Shown: positions 38,294 through 49,088, counted from the stretch's first letter. The stretch: DNA of 64,000 nt from Spirochaetia bacterium (GCA_965208575.1 CBDBOV010000004.1:1248001-1312000); one strand, 5' to 3'. Program-made: numbers and translations. Notes: a model not told the origin generated them from the letters alone.

Positions 38294-40367
38294 CCTGACC
38301 TTCCTACTTATCCCGTTGATTTGACCGCGGGATTCTCTGGTTCATCCAGATAAGTTGTTACCATGAAACAAGATAGGTTCACGGAAGTGGACTCTCCTCT
38401 TGAGAGGATCAGTGTATACACTGAATATATCGAGCGCCGTGCCGGACAGCTTCCTCAATACTACTCGAAGTATCCCCTCTTCGATCCTTCCGACCCACTC
38501 ATGCCGGTTCTCCTTGACTGTCTCCGTACTAAGTGTATACACTGATTGCAGTGGCCACCCTCCAGAAAAAGGTCTCCCGCGGGCACACCTACTGGCAGAT
38601 CGTCGAGTCCAGACGCGTCAACGGCAAACCACGTCCCATCGTCCTCGAACATCTCGGCAGCGCAGAGAAGTTGCTCCAGCGCCTCCGTGAGGCTCCCACC
38701 CGACCGGCAAAGGCGAAGGTCATTCAGTTCGGTGCGTTGGCCGCGCTCTGGCAGATCGCCCAAGAGTTGGATGTGGTGGGCCTTATCGATACCCAGGTCC
38801 CCAAGCGAGACCAAGGACTGTCCTGCGGACAGTATCTGCTGGTGGCGGCGCTGAACCGTTGTGTGGCCGCCTCCAGCAAGGCTTCTCTGTACCAGTGGTA
38901 TCGACGCACGGTGTTGAATCGGCTGCTCCCCGCTGCACAGCGCTCGCTCGCCAGTCAGCGATTCTGGGATCACATGAACATGCTCGACAGCGCTGCCATC
39001 GGCGCGATTGAGCAACAACTGGCGCAGCGGGTGATCGACCACTACCGGATCGATCTGCGACCGCTCATCTTCGATGCGACCAACTTCGATACGTTCATCG
39101 ACAGTCGCACCGTCAGTGCACTGGCACAACGTGGCCACGCGAAAAGCAAACGCGCCGATCTGCGGATCCTGGGCTTGGCACTCCTGGTAAGCTGCGACTA
39201 CCACATTCCGCTGCTCTCACACCCGTATCCGGGAAATCAGAATGACGCCGCGATGTTCTCGAGCTTGATCGAGACGCTGATCAGCCGCTGCAAGCAGTTG
39301 GCCCAGGACTGCGAAGATGTCACGCTGGTGTTCGATGGCGGCAACACCTCGAGAGCGAATATCGAGGCGCTGCAAGCCGGCCCATACCATTTCGTCACCT
39401 CCTTGACCGTGACTCAGCACGAGGATCTGCTGGCGGTTCCCGCCGGCAGGTTTCACTCCTTCACTGACCCACGGCTGGCCGGGGTGACCGCTTACCGCAG
39501 CGACAAGGTGATCTGGGGTGAGCGCCGCACCGTGGTGGTCACCAACAGTCGCCGGTTGCTGGACGGGCAGCTGGCTGGGATCAACCACGCGTTGCGCAAG
39601 AAGCGCGCTGCGTTGCGCGCCTTGCGCAGCAAGCTGGCGCGCAGCCAGCTACCGGGAGCAAAGGGCAAAGGCTACAGCAGAGCATCCTTGCAGAAGCATT
39701 TCGACACGATCACCTCGGGTCAGTACGTAAAGCAGATTCTCAAGGTTCAGATCAGCGAATCCGACGGCGTGCTCAGTTTTCGATTTCGCACCGATTGGGC
39801 AGCGTACCAGCGCTTGCAACGCCGGCGCTTGGGCAAACGCATCCTGTGCACCGACAACGAGTCGTGGAGCGACCAGGAGATCATCTTGGCCAGCCGCGCT
39901 CAACATCACGTGGAGCGGGCGTTCAAGCAGATGAAGAATCCCCACTGGGTGAGCTTCTCGCCGACCTTCCACTGGACCGATCAGAAGCTGCGCGTACACG
40001 TGTTCTATTGTGTGTTGGCACTGCTGCTGAGTTCGCTGCTGCAACGCAAGGCGGCCGACGGCGGACAACTCCTTACCATCGAGCAACTACTGACGGAACT
40101 CAGCGGCGTGACCGAAGTGGTCAACCTCTACGCCGCGCCTGAGCCGGCCACCAGAGGGCGCTACCGGGCTCAATACGTGCTCTCTGAACGGTCGTCCCTG
40201 CAAGACAAACTGTGCCGCCTACTTGACGTATACCGACACGCCCATCCCTGACAGCACCACGGTCAGTGTATACAAGCCCCGTCCGACAGGATAGCGAGTA
40301 ACTTGCTATCCTAAAATGACTTATCCACTCAAACTACCAGCCACCCGAAATAACTAGGAAACTCACG
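38294..40367 (+). mobile_element. IS1634-family element
   Basis: IRs CCTGACCTTCCTACTTAT / CGTGAGTTTCCTAGTTAT; TSD CTAG. Confidence 0.88.
38551..40251 (+). CDS. IS1634 transposase
   Basis: YWQIVESRRVNGKPR, FDATN, GHAKSKR.DL, VFDGG, VERAFKQMK, RVHVFYCVLA. Confidence 0.92.
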   Translation: MATLQKKVSRGHTYWQIVESRRVNGKPRPIVLEHLGSAEKLLQRLREAPTRPAKAKVIQFGALAALWQIAQELDVVGLIDTQVPKRDQGLSCGQYLLVAALNRCVAASSKASLYQWYRRTVLNRLLPAAQRSLASQRFWDHMNMLDSAAIGAIEQQLAQRVIDHYRIDLRPLIFDATNFDTFIDSRTVSALAQRGHAKSKRADLRILGLALLVSCDYHIPLLSHPYPGNQNDAAMFSSLIETLISRCKQLAQDCEDVTLVFDGGNTSRANIEALQAGPYHFVTSLTVTQHEDLLAVPAGRFHSFTDPRLAGVTAYRSDKVIWGERRTVVVTNSRRLLDGQLAGINHALRKKRAALRALRSKLARSQLPGAKGKGYSRASLQKHFDTITSGQYVKQILKVQISESDGVLSFRFRTDWAAYQRLQRRRLGKRILCTDNESWSDQEIILASRAQHHVERAFKQMKNPHWVSFSPTFHWTDQKLRVHVFYCVLALLLSSLLQRKAADGGQLLTIEQLLTELSGVTEVVNLYAAPEPATRGRYRAQYVLSERSSLQDKLCRLLDVYRHAHP

Positions 40368-42272
40368 CTAGTTCTTGAAAAACATCTGGTCGGCGTAGTA
40401 GTTGAAGCCGATGTCGCCCTCGAAGAACGGCGGCACCTTGTTCGGCACGTTGGTCAGGTTCGAGCGGTACACCATCACCACCGGTGCGGCCTGCGAGATG
40501 CCGATGTTCCACAGCCACTCGGCCTGCAGCTCCCACGCCATGGAACTGAGCCGTTTCTGTTCCGCACTGCCGAACGGGTGCTTCTTGCTCTGCACGATCT
40601 GCACCTCGAAGTACTCCATCAGCTCCGGCGGCGGCTCCTCGCCCGGCAGGTCACCGGTCTCATCGGATACCCCGGTTCGCCGCTTGTTCATCTCCTGCCA
40701 CCAGATCCAGTACTGGTTCGCCATGTGGGACAGCGACTGCGTGTGGCCGCCGCCACTGCTCAGGTAGTCCTGCATCTCGCCGATGGTCTCGTTCCACTGG
40801 ACGAAGTCGATCGTGCCGCCCGACATGCCCTGGTCGATCACGCTGATGTCCGCCGGGCGCAGCTCCAGGTCGATACCGACCGCTGCGAAGTCTTCCTTGA
40901 CCAATTCGTAGGCGCGCGACGGCGTCTTGCCGCTGAACGCGTTGATCACGACGAACGGCTCGCCGTTGGGCAGGAGCCGGATGCCGTCGGCGTTGCGCTT
41001 GTCCAGGCCGAGCGCATCGAGCATGCGGTTGGCCTCATCCGGATCATGGCGAGCGTAAGGGTGGTCCTCGCCTCACTCCGGCCGGTAGATGCTGGCCAGC
41101 TTGGTGATGGTCATTTGCGATGGCGTGCCCTGGCCCAGGAACTGCGCCTCGTTGATCCGGTCGCGGTCGAACGCCAGCGAGATCGCGCGCCGGAATTCGA
41201 CGTTCTCGAACAACGGCCGCTTCGCCTCATCCTTGATGTTGAGATTGAACGCGAACGCCATGCCGACGCCCTCGAACCACGACTCGATCAGGTTGAGCTT
41301 GTAGTTGCCGGCCTGCTGCCCCTGCACCAGCAGCGGGTAGTTGACCAGACCCATCATCGCGTAGTCCGCCTCGCCGCCGATTATCTTCAGGTTCATCGCC
41401 TCGCGGTCGGACACGATCTGGATCAGTCCCGAGTCGATGTAGGGAAGCTGCTGGCCCGCGCTGTCGACCGCGAAGTAGTACGGGTTGCGCTCCTTGAGGC
41501 GGAAGGTGGGCTGCACGTCGGCGAGCATGAACGGGGCCATGGTGGGCCGCTCGATGTCGCGCTGCGGGCAGCAGAAGGTGGAGTGATCGGCGAACGCGTC
41601 CTGCCAGTTGTCGAATCCCTCTTCCTTGGCCTTCGCGTTGGCATCTTCGTTGTACTCGGCGTGCCACTGCTTCAACCAGGTGCTCGGCTGGTAGAGCGTC
41701 CAGTCGGTGCCCTTGTAGGTGACCAGGTCGTTCATCACCTTGGGATACGGTTCCTTGTACTCGATCACCACCGTTACGTCGTCGACGGCAGTGACGGTAG
41801 TGACCTGCGAGGGATAGCCCCACACGTAGCCCAGTTCCGCCTTCTGCATGTCGTTGTAGTGGAACGAAAAATCCTCGGCCGTGAAGGGATCTCCATTGGA
41901 CCACTTCGCCCCTTCGCGCAGGGTCAGGGTGAAGGTCCGGTAGTCGTCGGATATCTCGAAGTCCAGCGCCATGTCCGGCTCCAGCGATCCGTCGTAGTCC
42001 ATCCGGATCGGGGTCGGCGTTCCCTCGGGATTCTCACCCACCAGCGGCGCCCACGGATTCGGGCCGTTGCCGAACACGATGACCTGCCCGCCGTAGGTGC
42101 CTATCTCGTCGAACACCGCGCGCACCTTGGGCTCCAGCGGCAGCCGTTCCTCCACCGGCGGCAACTCGCCGGCTGCCACCCGTGCCGCAAGCATGGGCGC
42201 TTCCTTGTAATCCGCCCAGGCCGAAGCGACAATCAGCGGCACAACCGCTGCCATCAGCAGGACTCGTCTCAT
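40368..42272 (-). pseudogene. Family-5 ABC solute-binding protein with in-frame TGA
   Basis: YKEAPMLA...LPPVEERLP, KWSNGDPFTAED, QQLPYID; TGA at 41073-41075, same frame continues to MFFKN. Confidence 0.88.
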
Positions 42273-42358
42273 ATCTGTCCTTTCCTCCTGTAACGAGCCA
42301 CGCTAAGCCATGGCCGGGCCGCTGTCAAACACGCACGGGCGGGTGGTAGGGTGGAGGC

Positions 42359-43552
42359 ATGGACGATAGACGGTATCGAGCGGCGCTCATCGGGCTGGGC
42401 CGGATCGCGGACACGATCGACGACGAGGTCGTGGGCAGCGGCTGGCTGGAGCCGTTCAGCCACATGGGCAGCTACATGGACGTGCCACAGGTGGTGGTGG
42501 CCGGCGCCGCCGACAAGTACCGCGAGCAACGGGAGGCGTTCGGACGGCGCTGGGGCGTTCCCGAGGACAAGCTGTACGAGGACTACCGGGAGATGCTGGA
42601 GCGCGAGCGACCCGACATCGTGAGCGTGTGCACCCACGTCGCGCCGCGCGCGGAGATCACGCAGGAGATCGCCCGCATGGTGCGCGAGGGACGCACCGGC
42701 GTGAAGTGCATCTGGGTCGAGAAGCCGATGGCGACCTCGCTGCAGGAGGCCGACGCCATGGTCGAGGCGTGCCGGGAGGCGGGCGTCATCCTGATGTTGA
42801 ATGCCATGCGCGCCTCCGACGTGTACTACCGCCGGGCGCGCGCGCTGATCGACGAAGGGGCGCTGGGCAGGATGCTGCAGGTCACCGCACACGGCTCCGG
42901 GCCGCTGGCGCACATGGGCGTCCACTGGATCGGCGCCATGTGCGTGCTGGCCGGCGGCAGCGAGCGGGTGTCGTGGCTGGTGGGCGAGGCGGAGAGCGAC
43001 GAGAAGGCGCACAACGGCGGCGACCTTGCCGGCAACGCCTACCTGGCGTTCGAAAGCGGCGCCCGGGGATTCTGCCGGATGATGCCGAGCGGCGCGTCCA
43101 CCTGGACGCTGGACGCCATCGGCGAGCAGGGTACGATTTCCATTCGCAACGGCAACGAGGGCTACGAGTTCGAGCTGTGGCGGATGGGGGAGGTGGTCAA
43201 TGGCGCCCGGCCGACCCCGGTGCGGTACGTGTTCCCGCGCCCGCAGCGCATCTGGAGCGCCGGGGTCGGGCAGGTCAAGGACGCCATCGCCTGCATCGAG
43301 ACCGGCAAGACGCCCAACTGCTCCGGCGACATGGGCCGCCACCTGCTGGAAATCGCCATCGCGATTCGCGAGTCGCACCTCGGCGGCAACGTCCGCGTCG
43401 ACCTGCCGCTCGCCGACCGCAGCCTCGCGCTACGCAGAGAGTCGGACGACACCCCCGCCGCGCTCGCCAACCGCGGCCGCCCCGACCCCACGCACCTGCT
43501 CGCCACCATCGCCCGCCGCGAAGGCGTCGACAAGCGGCGCTCGCTCTCATAG
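42359..43552 (+). CDS. Gfo/Idh/MocA oxidoreductase
   Basis: LIGLGRIA, PDIVSVCT, WVEKPMA, HMGVH. Confidence 0.9.
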   Translation: MDDRRYRAALIGLGRIADTIDDEVVGSGWLEPFSHMGSYMDVPQVVVAGAADKYREQREAFGRRWGVPEDKLYEDYREMLERERPDIVSVCTHVAPRAEITQEIARMVREGRTGVKCIWVEKPMATSLQEADAMVEACREAGVILMLNAMRASDVYYRRARALIDEGALGRMLQVTAHGSGPLAHMGVHWIGAMCVLAGGSERVSWLVGEAESDEKAHNGGDLAGNAYLAFESGARGFCRMMPSGASTWTLDAIGEQGTISIRNGNEGYEFELWRMGEVVNGARPTPVRYVFPRPQRIWSAGVGQVKDAIACIETGKTPNCSGDMGRHLLEIAIAIRESHLGGNVRVDLPLADRSLALRRESDDTPAALANRGRPDPTHLLATIARREGVDKRRSLS

Positions 43553-43782
43553 CACCCGGGTGGACCGGGGCGCCACACCGTGAGATGCGCGGCGCCCGGC
43601 CGGCGGCGACGCCAACGAGGATGGCGACCCGGGCCGTCCTCGCATTCGAAGCAGGCGGGGTCGCGCCACGGGCTGTCAGAGTTCCGGGCGTCGGGCCCAA
43701 CGCGAAGTGCGCGTCGCGGAAGAGGCACATCTTGCATTGCCCAGACGCCGCATCCCCCGTAGGAAACCGGTGCCTGCGCGGC

Positions 43783-45269
43783 TCAGAACGGCGGCCTTGC
43801 GCCTGACGTGGCTGCCGCCGCCCGAACCAGTTGGCGGCGGCGCTGGCTGGCGCGCACTTCGCGGTCGATGCGGCGCCAGTCCCAACGGCGCAGCAGGGCG
43901 GCGGTCATGTGTTGCTGCACGCCGGCGGCGGCGGGGTCGCCGGCCAGGTTGGTGAACTCGCCGGGATCGCTCACCACGTCGTACAGTTCCGGCTCCAGGT
44001 CCTCGGCGCCGGACAGGCACAACTTCCAGCGCCCCCGCCGCAGCATCGCACGCGCCCGGTCGGTGCCGTGCGCGGTGTGCTCGGCGAACGCTTCGTCGCG
44101 CCACTCGGGGTCGGGGCCGGCCAGCAGGCCGGCCAGGCTGCGGCCATCCATCGGCGCCGCCGGGGAAGCCGCGCCGGCTGCCGCGGCGATGGTCGCGGAC
44201 ACGTCCACCAGCGATACGCACTCACCCACCCGGCGCCCGGCCGCCGCGCGGCCCGGCCAGCGAATCTGCAGCGGGACGCGCGCGGACTGCTCGTAGAAGC
44301 TCATCTTGCGCCACAGGCCGTGCTCGCCGAGCATCTCGCCGTGGTCGCTGGTGTGGATCACCACGGTGTCATCGGCCAGTCCCAGCTCGTCGAGTGCCTC
44401 CAGGAGCTGGCGCAGCTTGTCGTCGGCGTAGCTTACCAGCCCGTAGTAGGCGGCCCGCGCCCGGCGCACCTCCGCGTCGCTGTGGCCGTGGAAGCCGCGC
44501 GGCGCAGCCGGCGCGCCGCCGCCGGCAGCACATCCAGGTGTCCTTCCGGCAGGTCAGGCAGGTCGGCGTGGTGCGGGAAGTACTGCGAGAAGAACGGCTC
44601 CGGCACCACGAACGGGAAGTGCGGCGCGATCAGGCCCACGCACAGCGCGAATGGCCGCGCCCCGGTGCCGTGCGCCCGCGCACGCAGGTACGCAAGCGCC
44701 GCATCGACCGCCTCGTCGTCGGCATCGATCTCCGGGGTGCGCCCCGGCCCGGTCGGCGGGGTGGCCGCATCCTCGCCCGCGGACGCCGGTTCCTCTCCAT
44801 CCGGACCCGGAGGCACACGCGAATCCGTGCGCACCACGCCCGGCCATGGCTCGCGCGCCTCCGGCACGCCGTCGTCCCAGGAAAAGATCGGGTGCTGCAG
44901 TTCGATGTGCAGGTCGCGCGCCAACTGCTCGTCGAAACCGTGCAGGGGATCGTCGCCGACCAGGTGCATCTTGCCCGCCAGCGCCACGTCGTAGCCGGCG
45001 GCGCCGAGCAGGTGCGGCCAGGTTACCGCGTCGGCCGCCAGCGGGGTGGCGTTGTCCCAGCCGCGGCAGCGGTGAGTGTACTGCCCGGTCAGAAACGAGA
45101 GCCGCGACGGCACGCACAACGGGTTGTTGCAGTACGCGGCGTCGAAGGTCACGCCCTCCACCGCCAGCCGGTCCATGGCCGGCGTCGCGACTGACGGGTG
45201 GCCGTACGTGTCGCTGAACTGCGCACCGTGCTCGTCGGTCATCAGCACCAGGATGTTCGGCCGGCTCAC
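43783..45269 (-). pseudogene. Choline-sulfatase-like sulfatase with frameshift near 44495
   Basis: RPNILVLMTDEH, LCVPSR, GKMH; second frame RRARAAYYGLVSY..D, SDHGEMLGEHGLWRKMSFYE. Confidence 0.85.
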
Positions 45270-45290
45270 GAGCCCGGTGTTACCACGCTC

Positions 45291-45668
45291 TTATGCACTA
45301 CTTGCCGCCAACTCCTGGGGCGCTTTGCTGACCCACTCCGGTGCATACAGCAATACCGGCGCGACATCGTCATCGTCCCACAGCGGCGAGTCCTGGCACC
45401 AGTAGAAGAAGTGAGCGATACGGTCGTCGCTAATCGGCTTTTGTTTGGATCCACCGGTCTTGCTATAGACGACGACGATGTCGCCGGCAGAGGCGGCCTT
45501 GTAAGGGAACCAGAAGGTGTTCAGGATCTCAGTGGTGACCTGATCATCCTCGAATCCTGTCCGAACAAGCATGAAGTCACCCAGATCCACGTCTCCGAGA
45601 ACCCGAAACACAAGCCGCTCATGATCCAAGTCACCCTTGTCTACCACGAATTGAATCCGAATTTTCAC
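45291..45668 (-). CDS. Hypothetical protein in lower-GC insert
   Basis: From GTG 45668: KIRIQFVVDKGDLDHERLV...TFWFP...GDIVVVYSK...HFFYW; start uncertain. Confidence 0.65.
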   Translation of the reverse strand: MKIRIQFVVDKGDLDHERLVFRVLGDVDLGDFMLVRTGFEDDQVTTEILNTFWFPYKAASAGDIVVVYSKTGGSKQKPISDDRIAHFFYWCQDSPLWDDDDVAPVLLYAPEWVSKAPQELAASSA

Positions 45669-45904
45669 CTCAAGCCGATCCTCTTGAACAGGCGGCCGCC
45701 ATACGGCCGCCCTTCTTGCTATCGGATGAACTGTGATCTCGATCGGAGGGCTCACGGTCCTCCCGACGTGCGCGGCTCGGGCGCCGCTCCCCTCTGTCAC
45801 GCGGAGCCAAGCGAGTAGCTGTCCCTCATCTTCCGTTGGCATCATATTAGCGCACCCGGCCCGGCGGTCAAGGTGGGTACTCAGACCTTATCTGACGATG
45901 TGCT

Positions 45905-46005
45905 ACATCGCTGCCGCTGAACTGGGCGCCGTGCTCGTCGGTCATCAGCAGCAGGAAGTTGGGTGGGCGGGCGGTTGCAGCGGCGGCAGGACGCGGGCCG
46001 CTCAC
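45905..46005 (-). pseudogene. Orphan duplicate of the sulfatase 5' end
   Basis: PNFLLLMTDEHGAQFS; 42/46 nt match (45915-45960 vs 45212-45257). Confidence 0.75.
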
Positions 46006-46727
46006 GGCCCTTGCCGCACCACTCCGTCGAGGAGGCCGGCTTCCTCCATCTGGCGCCACTCGCCGGCGAAGGTGTCGTTCCAGGTGGCGGTGAGGGAGTG
46101 TTCCAGCATGGCCTGGAAGATCGGCCAGAACACGATGATGCCGTCGGCGCCGGCGGCCAGCGCCGCGGTCGCCGTCTCCACCGAGCGCACCAGGGCGGCA
46201 GTCACGAACGGGCGCTGCTGCCACGGTGCGAACATGGCAGCGCACTCGCGCACCAGCTTGCCCGGGTCGCCGCCCATCTCCCGAACCGGCTCGCAGAACG
46301 GCAGTACGTGGGTGGCGCCCGCCCGCGCCGCGGCCGCGGCCTGGCCGAGCGAGAACACGGTGGTGCAGAAGGTGGTTACCCCCTCCTCCGCCAACGGCCC
46401 GAAGGCGCCGAGGCCGTGCGCCGTGCACGGGATCTTGATCGCGATCTGCGGCGACAGGGCGGTGAACACGCGGCTCACCTCCAGCAGTTCCTCGGTGGTG
46501 TGGCCCTCCACCTCGATCACCACCAGCTTGTCGGTAATGTCCAGGTAGCGGCGCGTCACTTCCAGCAGGCCGCCGTACTTGGCCGCCAGCTCGCGCTGCA
46601 CCACCGTGTTGGTCACGATGCCCGCCGCGCCGCGGGCCAGCCACTCGCCAAGATCCGCGGGATCGCCGGCCAGCCAGACGCCGGGGCCGGGGCGGCTGCT
46701 CAGTACTTCACTTACCGTCAAACTCAT
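46002..46727 (-). CDS. Transaldolase / fructose-6-phosphate aldolase family protein
   Basis: GIVTN, IAIKIP.T..GL, CTTVFSLGQA..AA.AGA, AALVRS. Confidence 0.8.
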   Translation of the reverse strand: MSLTVSEVLSSRPGPGVWLAGDPADLGEWLARGAAGIVTNTVVQRELAAKYGGLLEVTRRYLDITDKLVVIEVEGHTTEELLEVSRVFTALSPQIAIKIPCTAHGLGAFGPLAEEGVTTFCTTVFSLGQAAAAARAGATHVLPFCEPVREMGGDPGKLVRECAAMFAPWQQRPFVTAALVRSVETATAALAAGADGIIVFWPIFQAMLEHSLTATWNDTFAGEWRQMEEAGLLDGVVRQGP

Positions 46728-46750
46728 CTCGTCTTCACCTCTCTCCGGGA

Positions 46751-48664
46751 TCAGTAGTGAAACCGCTGCAGGTCGGCTCGGTCGCGCTCGTACTCGGAGC
46801 GCAACGTCTGCGTCACCTCGCTGCGGCTCACCTCGGCCGGGGCGACGTCCCACCAGGTATCCGCGCCCGGCACGTAGCGGTGCTTCTCCACCTCGCACAC
46901 GATCACGCAGGAACCGGTCTCGGCACGCGCCTCGCGCAGCGCGCCGCGCACCTGCTCCGGTGTGGCCGCGTTCCAAGCGCGCGCCCCCATGCCGCGGGCG
47001 ATCGCGGCAATGTCGACCGGCAGATAGCCGCCCTCCAGGCGCGGCCCGCCGTCCGCGGACGCAGCGCCGTTCTCCTCGCCGCCGCGGGCGCGGAACTCGT
47101 TGCCGAACGCGTGCCCGGTGCGCCACATCTGCAGGCGCCGGATCACCTGGAAACCGTGGTTGTCGATCACCACCACCGTCACCTTGAGCTGCTCCTGCAG
47201 CGCCGTGATCAGCTCCATCGGGTTGAGCAGGAAAGTGCCGTCGCCGATGTACACGAACACCTCGCCGGCGCTGCCGGTACCGCCGGCCGCCATGCGCACG
47301 CCGAGGCCGGCGGGCAACTCGTAGCCCATGCAGGAGAAGCCGAACTCGATGTGGCAGCGGCTGCCGTTGCTGCCGTCCCACAGCTTGAGGATGTTGCCGG
47401 GCGGCGCCCCGGCGGCTGCCACCACGACGTCGTCGCCCTGCGACTCCGCGTTCAGCACCTCGATCACCTGTCCCTCGCTCATCACCTCGCCCGCGTGATC
47501 GCCGTAGGCGTCGCTGCGCACGACCTTGTCCCAGTCCTGCTGCGCCTCGGCGACCCGTTCGCCGTAGCCGGGAAATGCCACCGCGGCGCTCTGCCCGGCG
47601 GCCAGCAGCGCCTCCAGCGCCAGGCGCGCGTCCGCCACCACCGGCAGCGCGCCCTGCTTGAAGGCGTCCAGCGCGCACACGTTGACGGCGATGAAGCGCA
47701 CCTCGGGGTCGTGGAACAGGCTCTGCGACGCGGTGGCGAAGTCGCTCATGCGGGTGCCCACCGCAATCACCAGGTCCGCCTCCTCGGCGATGCGCGCCGC
47801 CGCGCTGGTGCCCTCCACCCCATGGCCGCCGAGCGACCACTCCGGCGCGCCGCGCAATGCCCCCTTGCCGGCATGGGTCTCGCTCACCGGGATGCCGAAC
47901 CCGGTGGCCACCGCACGCAGCGCATCCCACGCCGCCGAATAGTGCACGCCGCCGCCGGCGATGATCACCGGGCGCCTGGCGGCGCGCAGCATGGCGACCG
48001 CCTCCTCGATGCGCTCCGCGGCCGGCGGCCGGCGCTCGATGCGCCACGTGCGCGGAGCGAAGAAGTGGCTCGGATAGTCCCAGGCGTGCGCCTGCACGTC
48101 CTGCGGCAGCGACAGCGTCACCGCGCCGGTCTCGGCCGGGTCGGTGAGCACCCGCATCGCCTGCGGCAGCGCGGTAAGGAGCTGCTCGGGCCGGGTGATG
48201 CGGTCGAAGAACCGGCTCACCGGACGGAAGCAATCGTTCACGCTCACGTCCGCCGCGGAGGGATGCTCCAACTGCTGCAGCACCGGCCCCTGGTGGCGGG
48301 TGGCGTAGTAGTCGGAGGCGAGCAGCAGCACCGGCATGCGGTTGATGGTAGCGGTGGCCGCGCCGGTCACCATGTTGGTGGCGCCGGGCCCGATCGAGCT
48401 GGTGCACGCCAGCGTCTGGGTGCGCAGCGTGGCGCGCGCAAAGCCGGCCGCGGTGTGCACCATCGACTGCTCGTTGCGGGTCTGGTGGTAAGGCAGCTCT
48501 GCCCCGCCCTGCTCCAGCGCCTGCCCGAGGCCGCACACGTTGCCATGCCCGAAGATGCCGAAGATGGCCGGGATCAGCCGCCGCCGCTCACCGTCGAATT
48601 CGCTGTACTGAGCCGCCAGGTACTTCACAAGAGCCTGCCCCATGGTCAGGCGTTCGGTCCCCAT
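46751..48664 (-). CDS. iolD: 3D-(3,5/4)-trihydroxycyclohexane-1,2-dione acylhydrolase
   Basis: IFGHGNV.GLG, RNEQ.MVH, TSSIGPGATN, LQQLE, EFGFSCMGYE, GDG. Confidence 0.93.
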   Translation of the reverse strand: MGTERLTMGQALVKYLAAQYSEFDGERRRLIPAIFGIFGHGNVCGLGQALEQGGAELPYHQTRNEQSMVHTAAGFARATLRTQTLACTSSIGPGATNMVTGAATATINRMPVLLLASDYYATRHQGPVLQQLEHPSAADVSVNDCFRPVSRFFDRITRPEQLLTALPQAMRVLTDPAETGAVTLSLPQDVQAHAWDYPSHFFAPRTWRIERRPPAAERIEEAVAMLRAARRPVIIAGGGVHYSAAWDALRAVATGFGIPVSETHAGKGALRGAPEWSLGGHGVEGTSAAARIAEEADLVIAVGTRMSDFATASQSLFHDPEVRFIAVNVCALDAFKQGALPVVADARLALEALLAAGQSAAVAFPGYGERVAEAQQDWDKVVRSDAYGDHAGEVMSEGQVIEVLNAESQGDDVVVAAAGAPPGNILKLWDGSNGSRCHIEFGFSCMGYELPAGLGVRMAAGGTGSAGEVFVYIGDGTFLLNPMELITALQEQLKVTVVVIDNHGFQVIRRLQMWRTGHAFGNEFRARGGEENGAASADGGPRLEGGYLPVDIAAIARGMGARAWNAATPEQVRGALREARAETGSCVIVCEVEKHRYVPGADTWWDVAPAEVSRSEVTQTLRSEYERDRADLQRFHY

Positions 48665-48769
48665 GGGCGCTACCTTACGGCCCCGCTCGGCGCAGCGTCA
48701 AACGATCAGCGCAGGCCGCGGCGCCGGCAGATCATGTCAGCAGCTTTCTCCCCGGTCGCAGTGGGGTCA

Positions 48770-48835
48770 TCACACTCACGAGCCGGAAGCCACGCTCCTC
48801 GAAGTGCGGATCGAAAGCGAATGCCAGATCCTCCT
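48770..48835 (-). pseudogene. C-terminal remnant of a PIN/VapC toxin
   Basis: Reads EDLAFAFDPHFEERGFRLV, like the AFxFDxHFxxxGF VapC tail. Confidence 0.45.
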
Positions 48836-48839
48836 TGGA

Positions 48840-48912
48840 TGGGCGATGACGGGCTCGAACCGCCGACCGCCTGGGTGTAAACCAGGTGCTCTACCATCTG
48901 AGCTAACCGCCC
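48840..48912 (-). tRNA. tRNA-Val(TAC), CCA not encoded
   Basis: GGGCGGT acceptor stem, TAGCTCAG D-arm, CCTGG-TTTACAC-CCAGG anticodon arm, GGTTCGAGCC T-arm. Confidence 0.95.
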
Positions 48913-48938
48913 GCACGCGCTTTCGCAGCGCCCGCAGC

Positions 48939-48968
48939 AAGCTATCCATCGCGCGTGCGTCCTGTCAA
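48939..48968 (-). promoter_or_regulatory. tRNA-Val promoter
   Basis: TTGACA-N18-TAGCTT. Confidence 0.55.
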
Positions 48969-49088
48969 ACCGGCGCGCGTCCGTCGCACCCTCGCGGGGG
49001 CGAGCGGCGGATTCGACACCGTGTCCGATATTTCCCGGAGCCGGTGAACCCGTCCGCCTCCGGTGCCGAGCATAAGGATAGAACCTCC

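Noticed and set aside
41073-41075. Selenocysteine or recoded TGA in the SBP
   Set aside because: Context fits Trp, other genes use TGA as stop, and the locus has other lesions
48840-48912. Integrative element or prophage at tRNA-Val
   Set aside because: No integrase, phage genes or duplicated tRNA 3' end seen in the window
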